A DNA stretch of 63,357 nt, filler included, from Acetivibrio sp. (GTDB lineage Bacteria; Bacillota; Clostridia; Acetivibrionales; Acetivibrionaceae), in NCBI RefSeq assembly GCF_035371925.1. It is 4 parts of 4 records of this genome, joined end to end, with 100 filler letters (N's around TTAATTAATTAA, not from the genome) between each part and the next. Parts side by side here need not be neighbours in the genome. Positions count along the whole stretch, not along the records: positions 33,790 to 50,303 come from NZ_DAORXT010000063.1; 3 more parts are not named here. The stretch is one strand, 5' to 3'. How positions within the stretch are numbered: the first letter of the stretch is position 1; every line of letters starts with the position of its first letter. The translations under genes were made by a program, and so were the position numbers. The notes below the pieces were generated by a model, which was not told where the DNA came from, did no database searches, and saw only the letters and a program-made list of their open reading frames with translations. Of this stretch, positions 35,980 through 45,446 are shown one piece after another.

Positions 35980-36657
35980 ATGAAAACAGCATCAAATAAC
36001 GTAATGGTAAAACTCGATGAGGAAAATAATTATGTCATAACCCCGTCAGGAATAAAATTGTATGTTGATAATACATACGAACCAGAAAAACATACAGTCG
36101 TAACTGGCACAGTGACAGCCCTGCCCTCAATACTCCAACTGTCCCAAATGCCATGGAAAACAGAAATGGAACTCGAAATAGGCGATAAAGTGGTTATGTA
36201 TTACCTGGCTGTAATGAAAGCTATGATGCCCGAATATAGAAACTTCATCAAAAAAGATAAAGATATATTCGTGTTCATTAAATACTCAAACATATATGCC
36301 GCTATCCGCAGCGGCCAGATCATACCCGTAAACGGATATATACTTGCCGAACCATGCCCGGACCCCTTCTTTGAAAGAAAAAAGGAAGAATCAGAAAAAA
36401 AAGGAATATCTATAGTTAAAATTAATGAGAAAAGCAATAAAAACGGCGTCTTCGCAATAGCACGATATATAGGTAAACCTAATATAGAATATAAAGAACC
36501 TTCATTGTCAGATAAAAATATCGAAGTAAAACAAGGCGATATACTGCTTCTTAAAAAAGTGCGGGATATAACACCGGAATATGAATACCACGCAAAACTC
36601 GACGGAGGTAAACTTTTCTATAGAATACAAAGACACGATATAATTGCTACATTATGA
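35980..36657 (+). CDS. Phage co-chaperonin with two GroES-like domains
   Basis: Domain 1: NNVMVKLD..TPSGIKL..GTVTALP..LEIGDKVV. Domain 2: IIPVNGYILAEP..EVKQGDILL..GGKLFYRIQRHDIIATL. Confidence 0.7.
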   Translation: MKTASNNVMVKLDEENNYVITPSGIKLYVDNTYEPEKHTVVTGTVTALPSILQLSQMPWKTEMELEIGDKVVMYYLAVMKAMMPEYRNFIKKDKDIFVFIKYSNIYAAIRSGQIIPVNGYILAEPCPDPFFERKKEESEKKGISIVKINEKSNKNGVFAIARYIGKPNIEYKEPSLSDKNIEVKQGDILLLKKVRDITPEYEYHAKLDGGKLFYRIQRHDIIATL

Positions 36658-37298
36658 ACTTCCAATTTATAGAAAGAGAATTTGCTACAATGATGTTCCC
36701 CCCAACTAAAGTACCAGAAGACGGGGACGTCTTTAAAGTATTCCCTGAATTGAAGAAAAATAAAGAATTTGTTAAATCACCGGGTCCGGGACTCGATAAT
36801 AACAAGGTAATGCTGTGGATAATGTGCATGTATGATAAAAATACACCATACCGTGTCAAATATAAAGACGTACTGAAAAGAAAAATAGAAATAGCCCATG
36901 ACGTTGGCTTTGAAATGGAAAATACCGGAGTATTCATACCACCAGTGGAAGAAATGCTCAAAGGAATGAATGAAAAAGTCAATCGTAAAATCGTTGAATT
37001 TATCAGAATGCAACGCTCATTTAAATACGCTTTTTTCGTGGGTATAGAAAATTCATATTACAATATCCTACTCGAAGTAATCAGTGGAAATACAAAAAGA
37101 CTTAATGAACTTAAAGCAATAAACGAAGAACTCGAAGAAACATTAATTAACCTGCTTAATGATGACAACAATCCTTATCTTAAGGATACAATCCTGAGAT
37201 ATATAGAAGAAGAAAGACTTGCATTAAGACCCGAAGATATCGCACTAAAACGAGCAAAAGGTGAAGACCCTATACCTTATAAAGAAGTATTCGGATAA
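36654..37298 (+). CDS. Hypothetical phage protein, candidate terminase small subunit
   Basis: Helical 214-aa protein that overlaps both the GroES-like gene (ATGA) and TerL; assignment is positional only. Confidence 0.45.
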   Translation: MNFQFIEREFATMMFPPTKVPEDGDVFKVFPELKKNKEFVKSPGPGLDNNKVMLWIMCMYDKNTPYRVKYKDVLKRKIEIAHDVGFEMENTGVFIPPVEEMLKGMNEKVNRKIVEFIRMQRSFKYAFFVGIENSYYNILLEVISGNTKRLNELKAINEELEETLINLLNDDNNPYLKDTILRYIEEERLALRPEDIALKRAKGEDPIPYKEVFG

Positions 37299-39498
37299 AG
37301 TACCCGCAAAAATACTGGCTGAATATAAAGAACCAGATAAATACCTGTGGGTAAATACGGATGACAAAGACCTCATCCCTATAAGAATTACTTTGCCCGA
37401 CCCACCAGAATACCACCTCATAGACGGCTTTGGACTACCAGCAAAAGAACAATACTGGAGACCACCAAAATTGCCAAGAAAACTTAAAGAACTTCAAAAA
37501 AAATATGAGACCATTGATGAAATGTGGGACGAAATTGAAAAAAATAAAGATGTATATGAGGAGGAAATAAAATTTATAAAGAAACAATGGTACCATCGCC
37601 TCAACGGCTACTGGTTTTTTATCAATGGCAAACCTACATATATAGACGGATGGCACTACTTCTACTGTGCATGGTGGCATATAGACGTAGGACTACCGCA
37701 ATACAGAGACAGAGATAGAAAATTCTTCATATTCGCACGATATATCTATAACGAAACAAAAACATTTAAATATACAGATGAATTTGGAAATGCTATCAAA
37801 GGAGATGATGATGAGTGGTACGAAATGATAGATACAGGAGGAAGAGTATTCTATGGATTTAATTACCCTAAACACCGTCGAGAAGGTGCTACTTATAAAG
37901 CCGAATGTATAAACTATGATATAATCACAACAAACATAGGTGCATGGGGAGGAATACAAAGTCAAGATGAGGCACAGGCAAGAAAATGCTTCATGAAACA
38001 CCTTGTCTCACCATGGAGAAAACTACCATTCTTCTTTAAACCAAACTACGAAGGCTCAACAGCACCTAAATCAGAACTGTCATTCTCACCACCATCAAAA
38101 AGACTTTCATCAAAAGGCTCCCTGTTTGCATCTGAATACGGACTCGAAAGCATGATAAACTTTGAAGACTCGAAACCAACAGCCTATGATGGTGATAAAT
38201 TATATTTCCACCATGACGACGAGGTGGGTAAACTGACAGAAGGTGTATCCTGCTGGGATAGACACCTTATAGTAAAAGAATGCCTTGTCATGGGTAGCGA
38301 AATAATAGGATTCACAATAAAAACATCTACCGTAGGAGAAATGGAAAAAGGAGGAGGAAGAGCATTTAAACACCAGTGCGAAATGAGTAACTTCTTCCAG
38401 AGAACACCTAACGGTCAAACACGCTCGGGACTTGCTACATTATTTATACCAGCATACGAGGGACTACAGGGATTTATTGATAAATACGGTCAGAGTGTTA
38501 TTGACACACCTACAAAAGAACAAGCAGAATTCATTGGTCGTAATATCGGTGCTAAACAATATTTGCTTAACCGTCGTAAAGGATATCTCGATGCTGGTGA
38601 TTTTGACGGTCTTGCCGAAGAAATAAGATTGTATCCTATGAAATTTACTGAATGTTTCCGCACAGCTACCAAATCTTCCGGATTTAACATGGCTAAACTC
38701 GAAAGCCGTATCGATGAACTAAGATTTAGCAGAAACCTGCCAGTCAGAGGAGATTTCCTGTGGAAAAATGAACGTTATGGCGAAGTAATATTTGTACCAA
38801 ATAAGAATGGAAAATTTTTCGTATCCCAACAACTTGGTCCTGATGAAGCCAACAGACGATACTGGGATGAGACCACAGAAACATGGATGCCTGGAAATGC
38901 TTCATGGGGAGTGGCAGGAGCAGATCCGTTTAAATTTAATAAAACAGAAGGATACCGTAAATCAAAAGGAGCAGGAGCAGTAATAAGAAAAGCAAGATTG
39001 AAAAACGCAGACTTCTCTATGAAAAGAAAATTTGTCTGTACCTATGAAAATAGAACCTATGACAAACACGAATACGCAGACGATATGCTGCGTATGTGCC
39101 TGTATTACGGAGTGCCTATGTTCCCGGAAATAAACGTTGACCTCATCTGGGACTATTTTGAAACAAACGGATACGGTGGATTCTTACTCTATAAATATGA
39201 TCCTAAAACAGGACAAATAAGCAAGACACCAGGAGCAAATACCAGCGAAAAAATAAAACAGGATATCTTTACCGAATTTATGAATTTTATAGAAAATGAA
39301 ATAGACGAGGAAACACATATAGAAATACTTGAACAGTGCCGGGATATAAGCGGTCCGGAAGAAATGAAATTCTTTGACTTGTTTACTGCCGCAGGATATG
39401 CACTGCTTGGCACCCTATCATTGTATAATGAAATTATCGAAATAGAACAGGAAGAATTAGACCTTGGAAATTTTGTTAAAAAAAGAAAATATAATTAA
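37261..39498 (+). CDS. terL: Terminase large subunit, crAss-like/Bacteroidota-phage type
   Basis: RLNGYWFFINGKPTYIDGWHYFY, Walker A region YPKHRREGAT, Walker B FHHDDEVGK, RNase H-like GADPF and YYGVPMFPEIN. Confidence 0.88.
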   Translation: MKTLYLIKKYSDKVPAKILAEYKEPDKYLWVNTDDKDLIPIRITLPDPPEYHLIDGFGLPAKEQYWRPPKLPRKLKELQKKYETIDEMWDEIEKNKDVYEEEIKFIKKQWYHRLNGYWFFINGKPTYIDGWHYFYCAWWHIDVGLPQYRDRDRKFFIFARYIYNETKTFKYTDEFGNAIKGDDDEWYEMIDTGGRVFYGFNYPKHRREGATYKAECINYDIITTNIGAWGGIQSQDEAQARKCFMKHLVSPWRKLPFFFKPNYEGSTAPKSELSFSPPSKRLSSKGSLFASEYGLESMINFEDSKPTAYDGDKLYFHHDDEVGKLTEGVSCWDRHLIVKECLVMGSEIIGFTIKTSTVGEMEKGGGRAFKHQCEMSNFFQRTPNGQTRSGLATLFIPAYEGLQGFIDKYGQSVIDTPTKEQAEFIGRNIGAKQYLLNRRKGYLDAGDFDGLAEEIRLYPMKFTECFRTATKSSGFNMAKLESRIDELRFSRNLPVRGDFLWKNERYGEVIFVPNKNGKFFVSQQLGPDEANRRYWDETTETWMPGNASWGVAGADPFKFNKTEGYRKSKGAGAVIRKARLKNADFSMKRKFVCTYENRTYDKHEYADDMLRMCLYYGVPMFPEINVDLIWDYFETNGYGGFLLYKYDPKTGQISKTPGANTSEKIKQDIFTEFMNFIENEIDEETHIEILEQCRDISGPEEMKFFDLFTAAGYALLGTLSLYNEIIEIEQEELDLGNFVKKRKYN

Positions 39499-39536
39499 TA
39501 ATTAATTTTTTATTTTTATGAAAATTTTGTAACCGA

Positions 39537-41816
39537 ATGAGTGAAATTTCGGTAAATAATGTTTCAACGTACCAGAGCGGTAAATTCCCATTCCCATCGG
39601 ATGATATTGATCCGAAATTGAAAAATGAAGAATGGGGACTTAAATTCTGTGAAGCCATATACTCTATGTACGTCACAGACAGATGCGGCATACCTTTTTC
39701 AAAAATAGCCGAAATGCAAGAATTGAGGAAATATGGCGCAGGAACACAGGATGTTGCCAAATACCAGAAAATACTATTAAGTGAAAATGAAAAAGGCGAA
39801 CTGGAAGGATTCCTGAACGTGAACTGGGATATCTTTTCTGTTATGCCAAAATTTAAACATATAATTCAGGGTATTTTCGAGGAACAGGAACATTCTATTG
39901 TGGCTACTGCCATAGACCAGAAAAGTATTGAGGATAAACAGGCTGTTATACTTAGAAAATGGTTTAAGGCAAGATATAAGGATGTTATTAATGAGATACG
40001 ACAGTTAGGAGGTTATGAACCACTTGATGAATGGTTGCCTGAAACAGCCCACGAATTGCAGATATACCAGACTATGGGAGGTATTAAACTTGCAAAAGAA
40101 ACGGCAATTGAAGAAGCACTTAACTATACATTATATATATCAGACTGGAAGGAAGTTAAACGCAAAATCATAGACGACCTTGTTGACCTCGGTTGTGCAG
40201 CAGTAAAAGATTATACCGACCAATATACCAGAAAAGCTAAAATAAGATACGTTGACCCTGTAAACTTGATAATACAGTATTCACGACACTGGGATCATAG
40301 GAATTCTGAATATGCTGGTGAAATTATAAGCGAGAGTATATCAAATCTGAGAAAGAACACAAATCTTTCTGAAGAACAATTAAGAGGTATTGCAAGGGCA
40401 TTCAACGGAGTAATGGGAAACCCGGTTATAAATTCATGGAATACGGAAGACCTTTTAATGTCAGGTGGAACATATATATATGATGAATTTCATATACCAG
40501 TACTTGATGCTGAATGGTTTTCAATAAATTCACGATACCGTACTACACGTATTAATGAACGAGGGGAGGAATTTACCTATGATTCAGAATGGGGTAAAGT
40601 ATATAATAAGCCAAATCGCAAAACGGAGATTCATAAATATAAAACTGTTTACAGGTGTAAATGGATCATAGGGACAAACTTTGTTTATGACTTTGGTATC
40701 CAATATGATATACCTCGTCCCGGTAAGAAAGAAGTTGAACTCTCTTTTAAATTTTATAAAATATCAGGACGTTCAATGGTTAGCCTTGCTATCCCTAACC
40801 TTGACCAGATACAGCTTACATGGCTGAAATTACAGAATGCACTCGCAATGAGTTCAAATGCAGGTATAGCTGTTGAATATACTTCTTTACAGAATATGAA
40901 ACTGGGCGGGGAAAAGATGGAACCCATTGATATCCTTGCCTTGCGTAGAGATACCGGAGACTTAATATATAAACTTACTACCCATACAGGACGACCAAAC
41001 GTACCGGGAGGAATGAGACCGGTACAGGAATTGCAGGGTGGAATAGGACCACAATTGAATGAATTTATTCAGCTTTTTGAACTCAACCTCAACTTCATTC
41101 GTGAACTTACTGGAATAAACCAAATAGCTGACGCCTCGACACCTGATCCAAATCAGAGCGTGGGAGGAAGTAAACTGGCAGTTGCACAGACAATAAAAGC
41201 ATTGCGCCCCATCTATTCAGGATATATAAGATTAAAAGAACTTGTTTGTCGTAGTTGTGCAATAAGAATACAAAATATTGTTGGTGTTGATAGTGAGGCA
41301 TACAAGATATATATACCTGCTATTGGACAGGGAGGAGTGAAACTTCTTGATTTTGATTCGGAAAACATAGATGCAGATTATCATATAAAGATAGAAGCAA
41401 AACCCACCGAGGAAAGAAAACAGATTATCTTGCAGGCTGCAATGAATGCTATGCAACCTGACAGAGACGGATATGTCGGAATACAAATGGAAGATTTTCT
41501 GTTAATATTAAGAATGCTTGAAGATGGCAATCTTAAATTTGCAGAATATTACCTTTCATATCGTTCACAGCAGAATAAAGAACGCCAGCTCAGACTTCAG
41601 CGTGAAAATATGATGCTTGATGCACAGAATGCACAGCAGACGGCAATGTTGAAAGAACAAGAGGCAAGAAAAACAAAACAGTTTGAAACTGATGAGGCTA
41701 TACGCCTTGAAATGGCTAAAGCTGACCTGGAAGATAGAAATAATCAAAGAGAATTTGAAAGAAAATTACAACTTAGTTTGTCAGAGAAAGAAAAAAATAC
41801 TTTAACTAATAAATAA
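39537..41816 (+). CDS. Portal protein
   Basis: 759 aa directly after TerL; YVDPVNLIIQYS, ELTGINQIADASTP, C-terminal Q/E-rich coiled coil; size and position as in crAss-like portals. Confidence 0.8.
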   Translation: MSEISVNNVSTYQSGKFPFPSDDIDPKLKNEEWGLKFCEAIYSMYVTDRCGIPFSKIAEMQELRKYGAGTQDVAKYQKILLSENEKGELEGFLNVNWDIFSVMPKFKHIIQGIFEEQEHSIVATAIDQKSIEDKQAVILRKWFKARYKDVINEIRQLGGYEPLDEWLPETAHELQIYQTMGGIKLAKETAIEEALNYTLYISDWKEVKRKIIDDLVDLGCAAVKDYTDQYTRKAKIRYVDPVNLIIQYSRHWDHRNSEYAGEIISESISNLRKNTNLSEEQLRGIARAFNGVMGNPVINSWNTEDLLMSGGTYIYDEFHIPVLDAEWFSINSRYRTTRINERGEEFTYDSEWGKVYNKPNRKTEIHKYKTVYRCKWIIGTNFVYDFGIQYDIPRPGKKEVELSFKFYKISGRSMVSLAIPNLDQIQLTWLKLQNALAMSSNAGIAVEYTSLQNMKLGGEKMEPIDILALRRDTGDLIYKLTTHTGRPNVPGGMRPVQELQGGIGPQLNEFIQLFELNLNFIRELTGINQIADASTPDPNQSVGGSKLAVAQTIKALRPIYSGYIRLKELVCRSCAIRIQNIVGVDSEAYKIYIPAIGQGGVKLLDFDSENIDADYHIKIEAKPTEERKQIILQAAMNAMQPDRDGYVGIQMEDFLLILRMLEDGNLKFAEYYLSYRSQQNKERQLRLQRENMMLDAQNAQQTAMLKEQEARKTKQFETDEAIRLEMAKADLEDRNNQREFERKLQLSLSEKEKNTLTNK

Positions 41817-41822
41817 TTTGTC

Positions 41823-43034
41823 ATGGAACAGAAAAAGAATTTAAAAGGACATCCTGAATTAGAAGCCCTTATAGATGCACCAGGGCTTGATCCCAATGCT
41901 ATTTTAAAACAGGTAGGACTGCTTGAAGATGAAGGCACTCACTCGCCAAATCCCGCCAATTCTCAAACAGGTGACTTCAAAGCAGATCAGGCTCAGAATC
42001 AGAATCAGACTTCAACCCTCAAACAGCCTTCTACGGATAGCAGTTCTACTTCTCAGCAAACCACTAAGCCTCCTGAACAGCAGGACGCTATCCTGAAAGA
42101 GATTTTCGGGGAACGTTTTAAGACTGTGGAAGAGGCTAAAAAAGCAAATATAGCCGGATTACTTGACGAATTGGAAAGCCTGAGACAGGCTAAATCCGAT
42201 TTGGAAAAGAAACTCAGTGAAAAGCCTAAACACAATTTCGCTAATGACGAAATTGCACTTTTCAATGAGTTTGTTAAGGAAACCGGTATCAGAGATTATG
42301 GAGTTTTTCAAAAGATAAATTCTGTTGACCCGGCAAACATGGACCCCATGGATGCACTTGTCATCAGATATATCTTGAAAAACCCTTCATTCGCCGGTAA
42401 AGAAGCACAGGTTAAGAAATATTTCGAGAAGAAATATAATATTGACCCCGAACTGGTGAGTGAAGATGAACTCGAAATAAATAAAGTTGGCATGCAAGCC
42501 GAAGGCGAAAATGCCAAGATGGAGTTAAAGTCTTTGAAGGAAAAATTAAAAGTTCCTCAAAGTACTGTTAGTTCCGAACCTCAGAAAGAGCTGACGCCAG
42601 AAATGAAGGCAGAACTTGTTTCAAAGTGGAATGATGTTGGCAAAAGAGTCTCTGATGTCTTCAGTAAAATACCCATACCAATAAAAGGAACTGACAGTCC
42701 CGTTGTGTCTTATGCATTGTCAGAGGACGAACGTCGGGAAATTGAAAAGTTCGTTACTGACTATGCCTTAGAGAACCGTATGGAACTCAATGAGGCAAAT
42801 GTTAATCTTGTAGGTCGGATAGTCTATGGACAGATAATTTTGGGTAAATTACCGGAGATAGTGCATTCCGTTTTTGAGAAGGCACGACAGATGACTGAAA
42901 AGGAGATTCATAACCTTTATACCAATCCTTCCACACAAAGAAATAAAGACCTGCCAGAAAATACAGTGGTAGTTCCGGATGAGTTAAAAGCCGAGCAAGA
43001 ACTCTTTGAAAAAGAGATGGGACTGCTTGGATGA
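41823..43034 (+). CDS. Putative capsid scaffolding/assembly protein
   Basis: Between portal and MCP; acidic, with a Q/S/T low-complexity N-terminus and coiled-coil stretches. Confidence 0.5.
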   Translation: MEQKKNLKGHPELEALIDAPGLDPNAILKQVGLLEDEGTHSPNPANSQTGDFKADQAQNQNQTSTLKQPSTDSSSTSQQTTKPPEQQDAILKEIFGERFKTVEEAKKANIAGLLDELESLRQAKSDLEKKLSEKPKHNFANDEIALFNEFVKETGIRDYGVFQKINSVDPANMDPMDALVIRYILKNPSFAGKEAQVKKYFEKKYNIDPELVSEDELEINKVGMQAEGENAKMELKSLKEKLKVPQSTVSSEPQKELTPEMKAELVSKWNDVGKRVSDVFSKIPIPIKGTDSPVVSYALSEDERREIEKFVTDYALENRMELNEANVNLVGRIVYGQIILGKLPEIVHSVFEKARQMTEKEIHNLYTNPSTQRNKDLPENTVVVPDELKAEQELFEKEMGLLG

Positions 43035-43082
43035 AAAACTGCAAGAGGTGTATATAATGTTTAATTTTAAAATTTTACTACA

Positions 43083-44456
43083 ATGACACCAGATGCAATA
43101 GCGCAGATATACGCCTCAGAAATTGTTTCCGGATTTGATATTTATAAACCGGAAAAACTTAATGTTCTTTTTAATAGATATGGAGACCAGGGACTGAGTT
43201 ATTTTCAAATCCTTCGTTCAATGGGATTTGAAGAACCGGTCTCACAGGATACCTACGGGCATTATGAAGAAAACAGGATTCATGAGATATGTATTGTTAA
43301 TGCTAACGTTTCACAGCCATCACAGGGGGCTGACATATCTTTTACCCTTTCTCCTGATTCTCTCGATGCAAATAACAACTTCTATGTAAGAAAGTGGGAT
43401 ATAATCCTCTTTCCAAATGAAGTTACAGGTTCTGTGGTTAATATTGACGTATCAACCCCCTCGGCACCTGTTATTACTTGCCGCCTGAATGATAGTACTG
43501 AGAGATTCCCAGCACTGACAGCTGGACAAGAACTTGTGATATTCACCAATGCCTTCTCGGAAGGTTCCGGACAGCCAACCGGGGCTATCCGTGGAGTCTG
43601 GGAATATACTAATGATTGCCAGATCATCAAAGAGACTATTGGTGTAACAGGTTCAGAAATGACAAACCAGACATGGATTGAGCTGACTTCTGCTGGTTTT
43701 AAAACTCCAGGATACTATTTCCTTGGACAGGTAGATATTGATTACAGAATGTCTCTCAGAATAGATGGCGCACTTCTTTGGGGTAAAAGAACTGTGAATA
43801 CCAACCTTGTGGATTCAGTTACAGGAAGAAGGATTAAGACTACTGAAGGTCTTATCCCCTATATTCGCAGGGTGGGCAATGAACAGACTTATACCTCAGG
43901 TTCATTTAGCGTCACAGAATTTGACGAAATGGATCGCACTCTTGACAGAGAACATGCAGGTAATTATATTCTTGGGCTTCTTGGTATTCAGCTTCATCAG
44001 GATATTGAGAATGCACTTGTTAGTTACTTTGCAAATACCAATATCCAGTATGCAAGACAGACAGTTAATGAGGCACTCTTTAATAATAATGAGTCTCTTG
44101 CTGCTTCAGTCAATTTCAAATATCTGGTAAAAAGCGAAAGAACATTCCTCTTTAAGAGGATGGCTGTTCTTTCTCATCCGAAACTATATGGTGCTACCGG
44201 TTATGAAGGACCGAAACTTGGTATTTTTATGCCTATAAACAAGAAGAAAGACCCTGTTTCTGGCAATATGGTTCCTTCTATAGGAGTACGATATAAGGCA
44301 CTCGGAAAATATTCCAGAAGGATGGAAGTTTGGCAGGTAGGTGGAGCAGGTGAGGGACTTAAAGTGACCGATATAGATGCACAGAATACTTATCAGCGTT
44401 GTCATATCGGAGCACACTTCAGAGGAGGTAACCAGTTTGTCCTGCTTGAGACATAA
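43083..44456 (+). CDS. Major capsid protein
   Basis: 457 aa after the scaffold-like gene; EYTNDCQIIKETIGVTGSEM, IDGALLWGKR, TTEGLIPYI; strong terminator downstream. Confidence 0.8.
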   Translation: MTPDAIAQIYASEIVSGFDIYKPEKLNVLFNRYGDQGLSYFQILRSMGFEEPVSQDTYGHYEENRIHEICIVNANVSQPSQGADISFTLSPDSLDANNNFYVRKWDIILFPNEVTGSVVNIDVSTPSAPVITCRLNDSTERFPALTAGQELVIFTNAFSEGSGQPTGAIRGVWEYTNDCQIIKETIGVTGSEMTNQTWIELTSAGFKTPGYYFLGQVDIDYRMSLRIDGALLWGKRTVNTNLVDSVTGRRIKTTEGLIPYIRRVGNEQTYTSGSFSVTEFDEMDRTLDREHAGNYILGLLGIQLHQDIENALVSYFANTNIQYARQTVNEALFNNNESLAASVNFKYLVKSERTFLFKRMAVLSHPKLYGATGYEGPKLGIFMPINKKKDPVSGNMVPSIGVRYKALGKYSRRMEVWQVGGAGEGLKVTDIDAQNTYQRCHIGAHFRGGNQFVLLET

Positions 44457-44469
44457 AAATTTTTATTAC

Positions 44470-44503
44470 ATGGTGGGGATAGCCTCATCCCCACCATATT
44501 TTT
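44470..44503 (+). terminator. Intrinsic terminator after the MCP
   Basis: ATGGTGGGGAT-AGCCTC-ATCCCCACCAT-ATTTTT. Confidence 0.8.
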
Positions 44504-44526
44504 AACTAAACTTAAAACTTAATGCC

Positions 44527-45444
44527 ATGATTTACAAAAATGATGAACATTACAAACTTACAGCAGAAGATATTCGCCTGATAAGGGCACGTTTCCCCAA
44601 GTTTCCGGTACGATTAATATATCCGGAAGAAAGAGTTAGACCACCACAGGTACCATCTAATATTTTACCTGATAAACCTAACTCAATATCTTTCCCGTTG
44701 AGAGCAGTTGTAAAAACACCGACAGGCACTGATGTATGGATATATGCTGAAAATAGATTGATAGATAATCATGGAAGATATATCTATACACCACATAATT
44801 TTATTCTTTTTGGAACTGCCATTCTACAAGAGAATGATATGGAGTTAATATGGTATCTTTATACTAAGTGTCCTTTTGTAGAAGGCGGACTTAATTTTCA
44901 GGGTAAAGCTAAAGCGACTTTTGAAGACCTTGTTTCTAAGGCAGAAGAGAAAGCGAGACGTGAGGCTGCCATAACCGACGTGAAGGCATTAATCTATTCT
45001 ACGAAACTTGGACTGCCAGAGAACAAGTTAAGGCAGATAGCAAAAGCACTGTTTATCCCAGACGTTGACGAGATGACATTTTCACAGGTTAAAGTGGCTA
45101 TTGAACAGGAAATAATGCGTAGTAAAGACGGCGTGTTCAAATTTATGAATATGATTGATAGCGAAGAACACGTTAAGATACGCACCTTAATACAGGAAGC
45201 AATTGACAGGAAATTTATAAAATTTGTGCCTTCTAAACGTTCATGGGTTTGGGTAGCAGAACCGGGTAAAAAGAATGAAGAGATATGCGAGATAACTATT
45301 GGCACAGATCCTTACGAAGCCTTAATGGATTTGTATAAAGGAAATGCTAAATTTGCCAATAGATTACATGCTTTACTTAAAGGGAAAAAGGTAGTATTGG
45401 CTCAAGGAGCAGATGAACCATTAAACGATGAAGAACCAGAATAA
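44527..45444 (+). CDS. Conserved post-MCP phage protein (305 aa), function unknown
   Basis: Occupies the slot of the conserved gene that follows the MCP in crAss-like phages; positional inference. Confidence 0.5.
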   Translation: MIYKNDEHYKLTAEDIRLIRARFPKFPVRLIYPEERVRPPQVPSNILPDKPNSISFPLRAVVKTPTGTDVWIYAENRLIDNHGRYIYTPHNFILFGTAILQENDMELIWYLYTKCPFVEGGLNFQGKAKATFEDLVSKAEEKARREAAITDVKALIYSTKLGLPENKLRQIAKALFIPDVDEMTFSQVKVAIEQEIMRSKDGVFKFMNMIDSEEHVKIRTLIQEAIDRKFIKFVPSKRSWVWVAEPGKKNEEICEITIGTDPYEALMDLYKGNAKFANRLHALLKGKKVVLAQGADEPLNDEEPE

Positions 45445-45446
45445 GA

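Noticed and set aside
37246..37298. Programmed frameshift fusing the 214-aa gene to terL
   Set aside because: A usable GTG lies at 37261 just after an in-frame stop, and no convincing slippery site plus structure is visible; a simple overlap explains it.
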